Source: an uncultured bacterium (GTDB lineage Bacteria; Margulisbacteria; WOR-1; CAVSGV01). Taken from it: 32,000 bases of DNA. Each line of letters begins with the position of its first letter. Position 1 is the first letter of the stretch. A model generated the notes under the pieces. It had not been told where the DNA came from and ran no database searches. It saw only the letters and a program-made list of their open reading frames with translations. Shown piece after piece: positions 18,941-26,937 of this stretch. The stretch lies in NCBI GenBank assembly GCA_963699255.1, contig OY969425.1:1560001-1592000 (forward strand), written 5' to 3'. Both the position numbers and the translations under genes were made by a program.

Positions 18941-20527
18941 ATGAAGATCGCACTGGCCCAGATCAATCCCACCGTCGGCGCGCTTGAAAGCAACGCGAAG
19001 AAGATCATCGAATACATCGGCAAGGCAAAAGCGCAGGGCGCCGAACTTGTCGTTTTCCCCGAACTCGCGATAACCGGATATCCGCCCGAAGACCTGGTCC
19101 TTAAACCTCAGTTCATCGCTGACAACATTGACGCCCTGAAAAAGATCGTAAAAGCCTCAAAGGGAATGGGAGTGTTCGTCGGCTTTGTGGACAGGAAAGG
19201 CAAAGACCTGTATAACGCCGGCGCTTTCATCGATAACGGAAAGATCATCAAGATATACCATAAGAACCACCTGCCTAATTACGGAGTCTTTGACGAGAAG
19301 AGATATTTCAAGGAAGGGGAGGGATCCGCGGTCGTCAGCTTCCGCGGGGTAAAGATCGGCCTCGGAATATGCGAGGACATATGGGTGGAAGACGGGCCGT
19401 ACAAGGGCGAAGCGAAGGCGGGGGCAAAGATAATACTAAATATCAACGCCTCTCCGTATGAAGCCGGCAAGATATATGACAGGGAAAAGATACTGAAGAA
19501 AAGGGCGATCGGCACAAGGGCTCACATAGTTTACGTCAATATGGTCGGCGGGCAGGATGAGCTGGTCTTTGACGGCGGCAGCATGGTCATTAACGGCAAG
19601 GGGAAGCTGATCGCTTCCGCCCCGCAGTATAAAGAAGCGCTTTTGATCATAGACGAAAAAGGCGGGAAGATCACGCCCAGGCTCGAACCTCTCGCCGAGA
19701 TATACGAAGCTCTGACAATGGGCGTCCGCGACTATGTAGATAAGAACAAATTCGGCGGAGTGATAATCGGGATATCCGGCGGGATCGATTCTGCCCTTAC
19801 CGCAACTATCGCCTGCGACGCGCTCGGGAAGGAAAGGATCCACACCGTTTTCATGCCATCGGAATATACGGCGAAGCAGAGCCTTGATGATTCGGTCATG
19901 GTGACGAAAAATCTGGGCGTAAAAATGGATACCATCCCTATCAAGGACATTTTCTCGCAGTATCTCTCCACCCTGGCACCCAGCTTCCGCGGAAGACCCG
20001 CTGACATCGCCGAGGAAAACCTGCAGGCGAGGATAAGAGGCAATATATTAATGGCGCTGTCGAACAAATTCGGCTGGCTCGTCCTGAACACCGGGAATAA
20101 ATCCGAGACTTCAACTGGATATTGCACGCTTTACGGGGACATGGCGGGCGGATTCAGCGTCCTGAAGGACATCCCGAAAACGCTGGCCTATAAGCTGGTG
20201 AACTGGAGGAACAAAAAGAAATCAGTAATTCCTCAGTCGATCATCGACAGGGTCCCGACGGCCGAACTGAAGCCTGATCAGAAAGACCAGGATACCCTGC
20301 CTTCTTACGAAGTGCTTGATCCGATAATGAATGCTTACGTCGAGGAGAACAAAAATGTCCGGCAGATCGTCGCAAAGGGGTTTGATAAAGCGACCGTGTC
20401 AAAGGTCGTTTCGCTGATAGACCGCTCTGAATACAAGAGGCGCCAGTCGGCTCCCGGGACAAGGATCACCCACCGTGCTTTCGGCAAGGACTGGAGACTG
20501 CCAATAACGAATCATTATAAGGCTTAA
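18941..20527 (+). CDS. nadE: Glutamine-dependent NAD+ synthetase
   Basis: N-terminal nitrilase domain (VVFPELAITGYPPEDLVL, GICEDIWVEDG), C-terminal GIIIGISGGIDSALTATIACDALG, NTGNKSETSTGYCTLYGDMAGG. Confidence 0.96.
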   Translation: MKIALAQINPTVGALESNAKKIIEYIGKAKAQGAELVVFPELAITGYPPEDLVLKPQFIADNIDALKKIVKASKGMGVFVGFVDRKGKDLYNAGAFIDNGKIIKIYHKNHLPNYGVFDEKRYFKEGEGSAVVSFRGVKIGLGICEDIWVEDGPYKGEAKAGAKIILNINASPYEAGKIYDREKILKKRAIGTRAHIVYVNMVGGQDELVFDGGSMVINGKGKLIASAPQYKEALLIIDEKGGKITPRLEPLAEIYEALTMGVRDYVDKNKFGGVIIGISGGIDSALTATIACDALGKERIHTVFMPSEYTAKQSLDDSVMVTKNLGVKMDTIPIKDIFSQYLSTLAPSFRGRPADIAEENLQARIRGNILMALSNKFGWLVLNTGNKSETSTGYCTLYGDMAGGFSVLKDIPKTLAYKLVNWRNKKKSVIPQSIIDRVPTAELKPDQKDQDTLPSYEVLDPIMNAYVEENKNVRQIVAKGFDKATVSKVVSLIDRSEYKRRQSAPGTRITHRAFGKDWRLPITNHYKA

Positions 20528-20761
20528 GTTGAGCCTCTCATTTTTCCATTCTCCTCCCGTTTGTAATTTGGAATTTATTTGGTAATTGGTCATTGCCGAA
20601 CAAAGTGAGGTCTTAGCCCTAATAAGAGCTAATTGGAACCAGATTATAACAGAGCTTATGAGTATCTACAAATTAAGAGAATTGGCACCAGCTATATGAT
20701 TAAACACTCCCTAATGGTATTGGAATTAGGGTTTTATGAGTAAGGCTTGACTAAGAAAAGG

Positions 20762-20977
20762 TTAGAATTTAAGCAATTCAGAGCAAGTCAAATTAAATGC
20801 TTTGGCTAATTTTTCAAGAGTATCTATCTTAATTGCAACTGGGGCTTTGCTTTCTATTCTTTGAAGGTGCTTATAGTCTATGCCTGCTAAACTTGCCAGA
20901 TTTTCTTGTGTATAATCGAATTTTCTGCGCAGCTCTTTTATTCTTTTAGCCAGTTGATTTTTGATGTTGACTTGCAT
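20762..20977 (-). CDS. XRE-family helix-turn-helix regulator
   Basis: LAKRIKELRRKFDYTQENLASLAGIDYKHLQRIESKAPVAIKIDTLEKLAKAFNLTCSELL. Confidence 0.88.
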   Translation of the reverse strand: MQVNIKNQLAKRIKELRRKFDYTQENLASLAGIDYKHLQRIESKAPVAIKIDTLEKLAKAFNLTCSELLKF

Positions 20978-21012
20978 TACAGGGAAATTATCACACCAAC
21001 CACCGACACTTG

Positions 21013-21032
21013 ACACCGCATACGTGCGGTGT
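21013..21032. promoter_or_regulatory. Perfect 8-bp inverted repeat upstream of XRE gene
   Basis: ACACCGCA-TACG-TGCGGTGT. Confidence 0.5.
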
Positions 21033-21205
21033 TAGGGTTTATCTCACAATAAAGGGACGTATATGAAAAGTGGCTCTTGAGGGCTGGGTTCAAAGCCCAA
21101 ATTAAGCTCGAAAAAGTGGCTTGAACAGAGAGTGAACAGAGAGAAATAGGGGGCTACTTCGTGCTTCAAGCACGATTCAAGCACGAAAAAAAGGAGAGGA
21201 GAAAA

Positions 21206-21406
21206 ATGACAATTACACCTGAAGATAGAGAGGAAATAACCAAAGGGGTTTTCAGGGCACAGAAAAGAAGCCAATGGAGAGGAACTCTGCTTTGGCTTGC
21301 TATATTCCTTGGTTGGCTTCCTTGTATGCTGATATTTCCAAAGGCAAGCGGTTATGTTTATATTGGGCTGATAGTTTTAAGCATTTGGTATTATGTTAAA
21401 GGATAA
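21206..21406 (+). CDS. Small membrane protein
   Basis: MTITPEDREEITKGVFRAQKRSQWRGTLLWLAIFLGWLPCMLIF...; SD aggagagga; start moved to 21206. Confidence 0.6.
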   Translation: MTITPEDREEITKGVFRAQKRSQWRGTLLWLAIFLGWLPCMLIFPKASGYVYIGLIVLSIWYYVKG

Positions 21407-21432
21407 GAGACAATAAAAGGAGGTAAAAGAAA

Positions 21433-23286
21433 ATGAAAAAAATAATAATAGGGCTTATATTTTTATGTTTAAGTTCTACAGCTATATTTGCAGATAATAT
21501 TAAAAATGCGGAGAATTACTTATATCGAGGTTTAGCAAAAGTTGAATTACAAGACTATCGAGGAGCTATAGAGGACTTAACAAAAGCGATAGAGCTGAAT
21601 CCTAAAAATGCAAAAGCTTACTGTGGTCGAGGTTCTGCCAACAGTGCGCTAGGAGACCATGCGGGTGCTATTGAGGAATTTAATAAAGCAATAGAGTTAG
21701 CCCCTAATTATGCGCCTGCTTACTATCTTCGGGGTTGTGTTAAAAGTGGGCTGAAAGACTATCAAGGAGCTATCGAGGACTTAACAAAAGCAATAAAGAT
21801 AGACCCTACATATGCGGAGGCATATTATCTTCGAGCAAACTCTTATGGTGCGCTAGCTGGTGCTGAGCAGAATGTAAAATACTATACAAAATCTGGGAAG
21901 GATATGAAGAACTATAGTAAAGTAAAAGGAATAAACAATACAAAAGCTATTGAGGTAATAAAGCTAATCCCTCAAAATGCAGAAGATTACTTAAATCGAG
22001 GGAAGGCTAAAATGGTGACAGGAGACGATGCGGGCGCGAATGAAGACTACAAAAAAGCTATCGAGGTCGCCACCAAAGCAATAGAGCTAACCCCTAAAAA
22101 TATAGAGGATTACTATAGTCAAGGCAATTCTGACTATGAAGTTGGAAATTATACACTCGCTATAGATGACTGCGATAAAGCAATAGAGTTAGACCCTAAT
22201 TATGCGCCTGTTTACTATCTTCGAGGAAAGGCTAAAGACGGGTTGGAAGACTCTATAGGAGCTACAAAAGACTTTAATAAAGTAATCGAGCTAACCCCAA
22301 AATATGCAGAGGATTACTTCTATCGAGGGGAGGCTAAGACTGCTTTAAAAGACTATGCAGGAGCCATTGATGAGTGCAATGCAGCAATAAAGTTAGACCC
22401 AAAAGATGCAAGGGCATACTATGGCCGAGGTTTCGCCGAAGCGAACTTAAAGGACTATACAAATGCTATTGATGACTGCAATAAAGCAATAAAGTTAGAC
22501 TCTAAAGATGCAAAGGCATACTATAGCCGAGGTTTCGCTGAAGCGAACTTAAAGGACTACACAAGTGCTATAGATGACTGTGATAAAGCTATAGAGTTGG
22601 ACTCTAATTATGCACCCGCTTACTTTATTCGAGGTTTCGCTAAAGCTCAGGTAAAAGACTATAAAAAAGCTATCAGTGACTTTGATGAAGTAATAGGGCG
22701 ACACCCTAATACAACGGCTTACCTATATCGAGGCAATGCTAAATATCGCTTAAAAAACTATACGGGCGCTATGGATGACTGCATGACAGTAATAAGGTTA
22801 GACCCTAAAAATGCACAGGCTTACTATCTTTTTGGCTATGCTGAACTAGACTCTGCTAATGAAGGTTTGCATAGAATAAAAGACTATGCAGAAGCTATCG
22901 ATTACTTTAATAAAGCAATAGAGTTAAATCCCAAATTTGCAGAGGCTTATTGTGGCCGAGGTAAGGCTAAAGGTGCGCTTGGAGACCATTCAGCAATCGA
23001 TGACTGCAATAAAGCAATAGAGCTAAACCCTAATGCAGAGATTTACTGTGAGTGTGGTTGGACTAAGGTCAACTTAAAAGATTATTCAGCTGCCATAGAT
23101 GACTTCAATACAGCAATAAAATTAGACCCAAAAAATGGAAGGGCTTATTGTGGTCGAGGGTTAGCTAAATTTGAACAGGGAGATAAACAAGGAGCATTAG
23201 AAGACGAAAGCACAGCAGGTGAGTTAGGTTTTTCTGGGGCATATGAGGTTATAAAAGAAATACAGTCAGGCGAACTTGCCAAGTAA
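21433..23286 (+). CDS. Exported tetratricopeptide repeat protein (617 aa)
   Basis: Signal peptide MKKIIIGLIFLCLSSTAIFA; many 34-aa TPR units such as NYAPAYYLRGCVKSGLKDYQGAIEDLTKAIKIDP; SD aggagg. Confidence 0.92.
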   Translation: MKKIIIGLIFLCLSSTAIFADNIKNAENYLYRGLAKVELQDYRGAIEDLTKAIELNPKNAKAYCGRGSANSALGDHAGAIEEFNKAIELAPNYAPAYYLRGCVKSGLKDYQGAIEDLTKAIKIDPTYAEAYYLRANSYGALAGAEQNVKYYTKSGKDMKNYSKVKGINNTKAIEVIKLIPQNAEDYLNRGKAKMVTGDDAGANEDYKKAIEVATKAIELTPKNIEDYYSQGNSDYEVGNYTLAIDDCDKAIELDPNYAPVYYLRGKAKDGLEDSIGATKDFNKVIELTPKYAEDYFYRGEAKTALKDYAGAIDECNAAIKLDPKDARAYYGRGFAEANLKDYTNAIDDCNKAIKLDSKDAKAYYSRGFAEANLKDYTSAIDDCDKAIELDSNYAPAYFIRGFAKAQVKDYKKAISDFDEVIGRHPNTTAYLYRGNAKYRLKNYTGAMDDCMTVIRLDPKNAQAYYLFGYAELDSANEGLHRIKDYAEAIDYFNKAIELNPKFAEAYCGRGKAKGALGDHSAIDDCNKAIELNPNAEIYCECGWTKVNLKDYSAAIDDFNTAIKLDPKNGRAYCGRGLAKFEQGDKQGALEDESTAGELGFSGAYEVIKEIQSGELAK

Positions 23287-23367
23287 AAGAAGTTGAAAGG
23301 CGCTTAAGAATCGAGAATTATGCTCAGAACATTCCGCCTTTGTTATGAAACAGAAACATATTTATAC

Positions 23368-23415
23368 TTGACAGTATAATTGAGGCATAATAGAATTATA
23401 CTTAAAGGTATAATT
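23368..23415 (+). promoter_or_regulatory. Promoter and candidate autoregulatory operator
   Basis: TTGACA (23368-23373)-17-TAGAAT (23391-23396); AGTATAATT (23373-23381) and AATTATACT (23394-23402) inverted arms; third GTATAATT at 23408-23415. Confidence 0.6.
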
Positions 23416-23416
23416 T

Positions 23417-24352
23417 ATGAGCGAAAACAAACCCACCCTAAAAAAATTACTAACAGAACAACTGTATAACAATAGAAAAGTTGATGCTTATCTATCAGAA
23501 AATTATAAGATTACTAAACAAACTTTTGTCGACCTTCACGAGCCAATCTTTACGCTAAAAAACTCACAAACTATAGTTAACAACTTAACGTATCGCAAGG
23601 TTAATGATTGGGATGCAAAAAACATAATATCAGGTTCCAGAGATAACGCTGAGTCAGGTTGGCGTAAATTTTCTGCAATAGACATCATCAAATTACTCAT
23701 AATAACTGACCTTAGGAAAATTGGATGCTCCATAGATAAAATAAAGAAAATCCTTTATGAAATTGCAAATGGGAAAGTCAACTTATGGAAACTCGAATAT
23801 CCTGATGGGAAAGCAAATCTTCGCCGGCTCAAAGAGTATAAGGAAGAGGAAGATAGGTTTTTACAGCTTGAATATTACACTTTAGGATGCTTGGGTGGTG
23901 AAAAAATAGTTCTTTCAATTGATGAAAATGATAATCCCATGTTTCTTATTGAGCGTGATTTTGTAAGCTTTTATTCCGCACTTGAAGACAGCGCCTCCCC
24001 TTTCATAGTCCTTCCATTTTTCTCATACATACACGCACTTGCAAGAAAATATGGAGACATGAATATTAAAATACGTGAAGGCTCTACAATATCCGAATTA
24101 TTCAATAATATCCTAACTGAAAAAGAGAAAAAAATAATCGATATTATTAGAAATAAAGATTTTCAAGAAATCAATATCAATAAAACCGATAAAGAGGAAT
24201 TAAATATAAAAGCAAAATCGAGAAAAAACAAACAACTGTCTAATAAGGAAATAATTGAACTTATCAAAAGTAAACAGTATCAAAAGGTTGAAGTTATTAC
24301 TTCGGCTGGGAAAATAGTAGCAGCGATACAAGAAGAAAGCATCAAGGCTTAG
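23417..24352 (+). CDS. MerR-like winged-HTH domain protein
   Basis: WRKFSAIDIIKLLIITDLRKIGCSIDKIKKIL resembles MerR DNA-binding segment. Confidence 0.55.
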   Translation: MSENKPTLKKLLTEQLYNNRKVDAYLSENYKITKQTFVDLHEPIFTLKNSQTIVNNLTYRKVNDWDAKNIISGSRDNAESGWRKFSAIDIIKLLIITDLRKIGCSIDKIKKILYEIANGKVNLWKLEYPDGKANLRRLKEYKEEEDRFLQLEYYTLGCLGGEKIVLSIDENDNPMFLIERDFVSFYSALEDSASPFIVLPFFSYIHALARKYGDMNIKIREGSTISELFNNILTEKEKKIIDIIRNKDFQEININKTDKEELNIKAKSRKNKQLSNKEIIELIKSKQYQKVEVITSAGKIVAAIQEESIKA

Positions 24353-24420
24353 ACTATTGAGACAAACTCAGAGTTTATAGCCTTTATTCTATAATATTTT
24401 AGCAAGGGGCATCAGTATCA

Positions 24421-24450
24421 AACTGGACTCAATGCAAGAGGAGTCCAGTT
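24421..24450 (+). promoter_or_regulatory. Hairpin overlapping Shine-Dalgarno, abutting start codon
   Basis: AACTGGACTC - AATGCAAGAG - GAGTCCAGTT, then ATG at 24451; SD AGAGGAG at 24437-24443. Confidence 0.65.
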
Positions 24451-24609
24451 ATGCTGACTGTCGAACAATGCAGGAAGCACTTAAAAGGAAAGTATACCGA
24501 CGAACAGATTGAAGAAATGAAAGAGGCCTTATACAAATTAGCTGAGGTGTTAGTAGGTGAATATCTCGGCAAAGCGAGGCAAACAAATGACAACCGAAAA
24601 ACAAATTGA
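24451..24609 (+). CDS. Small 52-aa protein MLTVEQCRKHLKGKYTDEQIEEMKEALYKLAEVLVGEYLGKARQTNDNRKTN
   Basis: Manual translation; absent from the supplied ORF track because of length; AGAGGAG SD; overlaps start of next ORF. Confidence 0.65.
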   Translation: MLTVEQCRKHLKGKYTDEQIEEMKEALYKLAEVLVGEYLGKARQTNDNRKTN

Positions 24610-25117
24610 GGCAAACAAACTAAATGCCTTAAAAGGCGGAGTTAAAACTATTGAGGGGAAATCTATCAGCAAAATGAATGCTCTGAAATTCGGGTTTTTC
24701 AGTAAGATAGTCAATGATTATGATAAGCTGGAGAGCGAAGATTTCTGTCAGGAAATATACGAGTATTATCAACCTGAGAATACCTATGAAAGTCAATTAG
24801 TTGAGATTGTTCTTTCTAACCTTCTTGTATATAGAAGAATATGCTTTATTGAGGACGAATATATAAAGTCACAATTGAATCCAACTATTACAGGCTCTTT
24901 AAGTGACGCTGACTATTTTATGGTGAAGAAAGGGTATACTCCTCAAATAGCCAGCAACTCAATTGATGAACTTGAAAAATTTCAGAAATATAAAACCTCA
25001 ACTTATGGGCTGATTGTAAAGGCTCAGCATGAGCTTGAACGTTTAACTGCAAAAAGAAAGGGGGATAATATCCCCATTCCGATGAGTTTGGACGTGAATG
25101 TTTCAAACAATCAATAA
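24587..25117 (+). CDS. Hypothetical mobile-element-associated protein
   Basis: MTTEKQIEANKLNALKGGVKTIEGKSISKMNALKFGFFSKIV; overlaps upstream small ORF, precedes recombinase. Confidence 0.6.
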   Translation: MTTEKQIEANKLNALKGGVKTIEGKSISKMNALKFGFFSKIVNDYDKLESEDFCQEIYEYYQPENTYESQLVEIVLSNLLVYRRICFIEDEYIKSQLNPTITGSLSDADYFMVKKGYTPQIASNSIDELEKFQKYKTSTYGLIVKAQHELERLTAKRKGDNIPIPMSLDVNVSNNQ

Positions 25118-25151
25118 TTGGGTTCGTTTTGGAAAAACAGAAAAAGGGGAC

Positions 25152-25179
25152 TCCCTGCTTCTAGCAGGGTTCTAGCAGG
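25152..25179. repeat. Stem plus 11-bp tandem duplication upstream of recombinase
   Basis: CCCTGC-TTCTA-GCAGGG-TTCTAGCAGGC. Confidence 0.7.
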
Positions 25180-25232
25180 CAAATTCAGTTGCTCTGCTAT
25201 ACATGAGGCATTAAAAGAGATATGACGGAACT

Positions 25233-26729
25233 ATGAAAGCTATTATCTATTGCAGGGTATCAACAAAAGAACAAGCCGAACAAGGTTATAGTCTTGAAGG
25301 ACAGGAAAAAGAATGTAAACGGTTTGCTCAAGATAAGGGCTATGAAATTGATAGGGTGTTCATTGAGCGAGGAGAAAGCGCAAAGACACAGAATAGAACT
25401 GAACTTCAGAAACTTGTTAAGTATTGCATAGAGAAAAGGAAACAACTATCTGCCCTCGTTATTTGGAAGTATGACCGCCTTACAAGAAATCTTTCCGACC
25501 AAATGGAACTTGTAAAGACTTTTAGCTCTTTTGATATTAGAGTATTATCGGCAACAGAAAATAATGAAGATAGCTCTATTGGTAAGTTAATGAGAAACAT
25601 TATCGGCTCTTTCTCTCAATTCGAGAATGATATAAGGGCTGAGAGAACCATCAATGGCATGAAACAAGCTCTACTACAAGGGAGATGGTGCTGGCATGCT
25701 CCTCTCGGTTATAAACTAGCAAAAGACGATAAAAATAAAACAATATTAGTCCCTTCAGAAAATAACAAGCAAGTTGCAAAAGCCTTTCAGATGGCTGAAC
25801 TCGGCACATATAAACAATCGGAAATAGTGGAATATCTCAAGAAAAATAACCTCACAATAACCAAAAGCACACTTAATAGAATACTTAGGAATCCTCTTTA
25901 TGCAGGATTGATAAAAGTATCATGGCATAGCGATTATATCGAGGCAATACATAAGCCCACTATTTCAAAGGAAGCCTTTTTTAAGGTTCAGCTTATTCTG
26001 AGTGGAAAACGACCAAGTATCGCCCCAAAATTAAGGAATCATCCTGACTTTCCTTTAAGGAATTTTGTTAAATGTTCAGCCTGTGGGAAGAAACTCACAG
26101 GAAGTTGGTCTACAGGAAGAAAAAAGGTCAAATATGCTTATTATCATTGTAGAACTAAGGGATGTTCGCTTAATGTAAAGAAAGAAGCTCTAGACGCTAA
26201 ATTCTATGAGCTATTAAGGTCTATACAGCCAAATGCGGATGTTTTAGCTTTATTTGAAGCTATTATATTGGATGTATGGAAAAACAAGCAGGCAGAGCAA
26301 ATTAAAGAGGAATACAGGCTTGAAATGGAGTTGAATGCTCTTTCAAAAAAGAAAGATAGAATTGACGAGCTTATGATTAAAGGCACTTTTGATGACGCAA
26401 CTTATAAAAAGAAAATTGAAGAAATGAATAGTGAAATAATTATTAAAAGAACAGAATTGAATGAGGCGAAAATTGAACTGAATGACGCAGAGGCTTGTTT
26501 AAACTACTGTAAATCCTTTCTTTCAAATCTATCAAATCTTTGGGTTAATGCTCCACTTGACCTAAAACAACGGTTCCAAAGCCTTGTCTTTCCAGAGGGA
26601 ATAGCTTTTGACGGAGAAAAGTTTGGAACCGCTAATATTTCGCTTATCTTCAAGGAATTAAGCTCGGAAAATATTGCCAAATCTTCTTTGGTAGCCCTAA
26701 CGGGAGTCGAACCCGTGTTTACGCCTTGA
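25233..26729 (+). CDS. Large serine recombinase (resolvase N-terminal domain, recombinase domain, zinc ribbon)
   Basis: AIIYCRVSTKEQAEQGYSLEGQEKECKRFA, DRLTRNLSDQM, GSFSQFENDIRAERT, CSACGKKLTGSWSTGRKKVKYAYYHCRTKGC; C-terminal LVALTGVEPVFTP encoded antisense to tRNA. Confidence 0.95.
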   Translation: MKAIIYCRVSTKEQAEQGYSLEGQEKECKRFAQDKGYEIDRVFIERGESAKTQNRTELQKLVKYCIEKRKQLSALVIWKYDRLTRNLSDQMELVKTFSSFDIRVLSATENNEDSSIGKLMRNIIGSFSQFENDIRAERTINGMKQALLQGRWCWHAPLGYKLAKDDKNKTILVPSENNKQVAKAFQMAELGTYKQSEIVEYLKKNNLTITKSTLNRILRNPLYAGLIKVSWHSDYIEAIHKPTISKEAFFKVQLILSGKRPSIAPKLRNHPDFPLRNFVKCSACGKKLTGSWSTGRKKVKYAYYHCRTKGCSLNVKKEALDAKFYELLRSIQPNADVLALFEAIILDVWKNKQAEQIKEEYRLEMELNALSKKKDRIDELMIKGTFDDATYKKKIEEMNSEIIIKRTELNEAKIELNDAEACLNYCKSFLSNLSNLWVNAPLDLKQRFQSLVFPEGIAFDGEKFGTANISLIFKELSSENIAKSSLVALTGVEPVFTP

Positions 26730-26763
26730 GAGGGCGCTGTCCTAACCACTAGACGATAGGGCC
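26689..26763 (-). tRNA. tRNA-Glu (CUC anticodon), with encoded CCA
   Basis: Minus-strand GGCCCTA TC GTCT..GGAC A GCGCC-CTCTCAA-GGCGT AAAC ACGGG-TTCGACT-CCCGT TAGGGCT A CCA. Confidence 0.93.
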
Positions 26764-26776
26764 ATAGCAGAGCATT

Positions 26777-26805
26777 AGTATATCAAAATATCGGATTTGG
26801 GGCAA
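26777..26805 (-). promoter_or_regulatory. Candidate tRNA-Glu promoter
   Basis: Minus strand TTGCCC-17-TATACT. Confidence 0.5.
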
Positions 26806-26845
26806 AAATGAATATGAAATCGAACGGGAAAAGTTAAGCCGCATT

Positions 26846-26873
26846 TGACTTCCGCGAAATGAAAGTTATAATA
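26846..26873 (+). promoter_or_regulatory. Candidate sigma70 promoter for 26938 CDS
   Basis: TTGACT-16-TATAAT. Confidence 0.55.
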
Positions 26874-26937
26874 TCCGCAATAATATGTAAACCCTGAAGT
26901 ATGCGCAAGCTTAACTTCAGAGTAAAGGGGGATAAAT

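Larger units (their letters stand above)
20614..26700. mobile_element. Proposed compact serine-recombinase integrative element at tRNA-Glu
   Basis: Recombinase ORF ending inside tRNA-Glu 3' end; 9-bp direct repeat TAGCCCTAA at both edges; AT-rich composition shift between the edges; MerR/XRE-type regulators. Confidence 0.6.

Noticed and set aside
21010-21038. TTGACA-17-TAGGGT as promoter of the cargo operon
   Set aside because: The -10 match is poor and the sequence coincides with the ACACCGCA dyad; not strong enough to list as a promoter.
21433-23286. Regular repeats at DNA level that might suggest a CRISPR or satellite array
   Set aside because: Repeat units correspond to in-frame 34-aa TPR motifs with no unique spacers between identical repeats.
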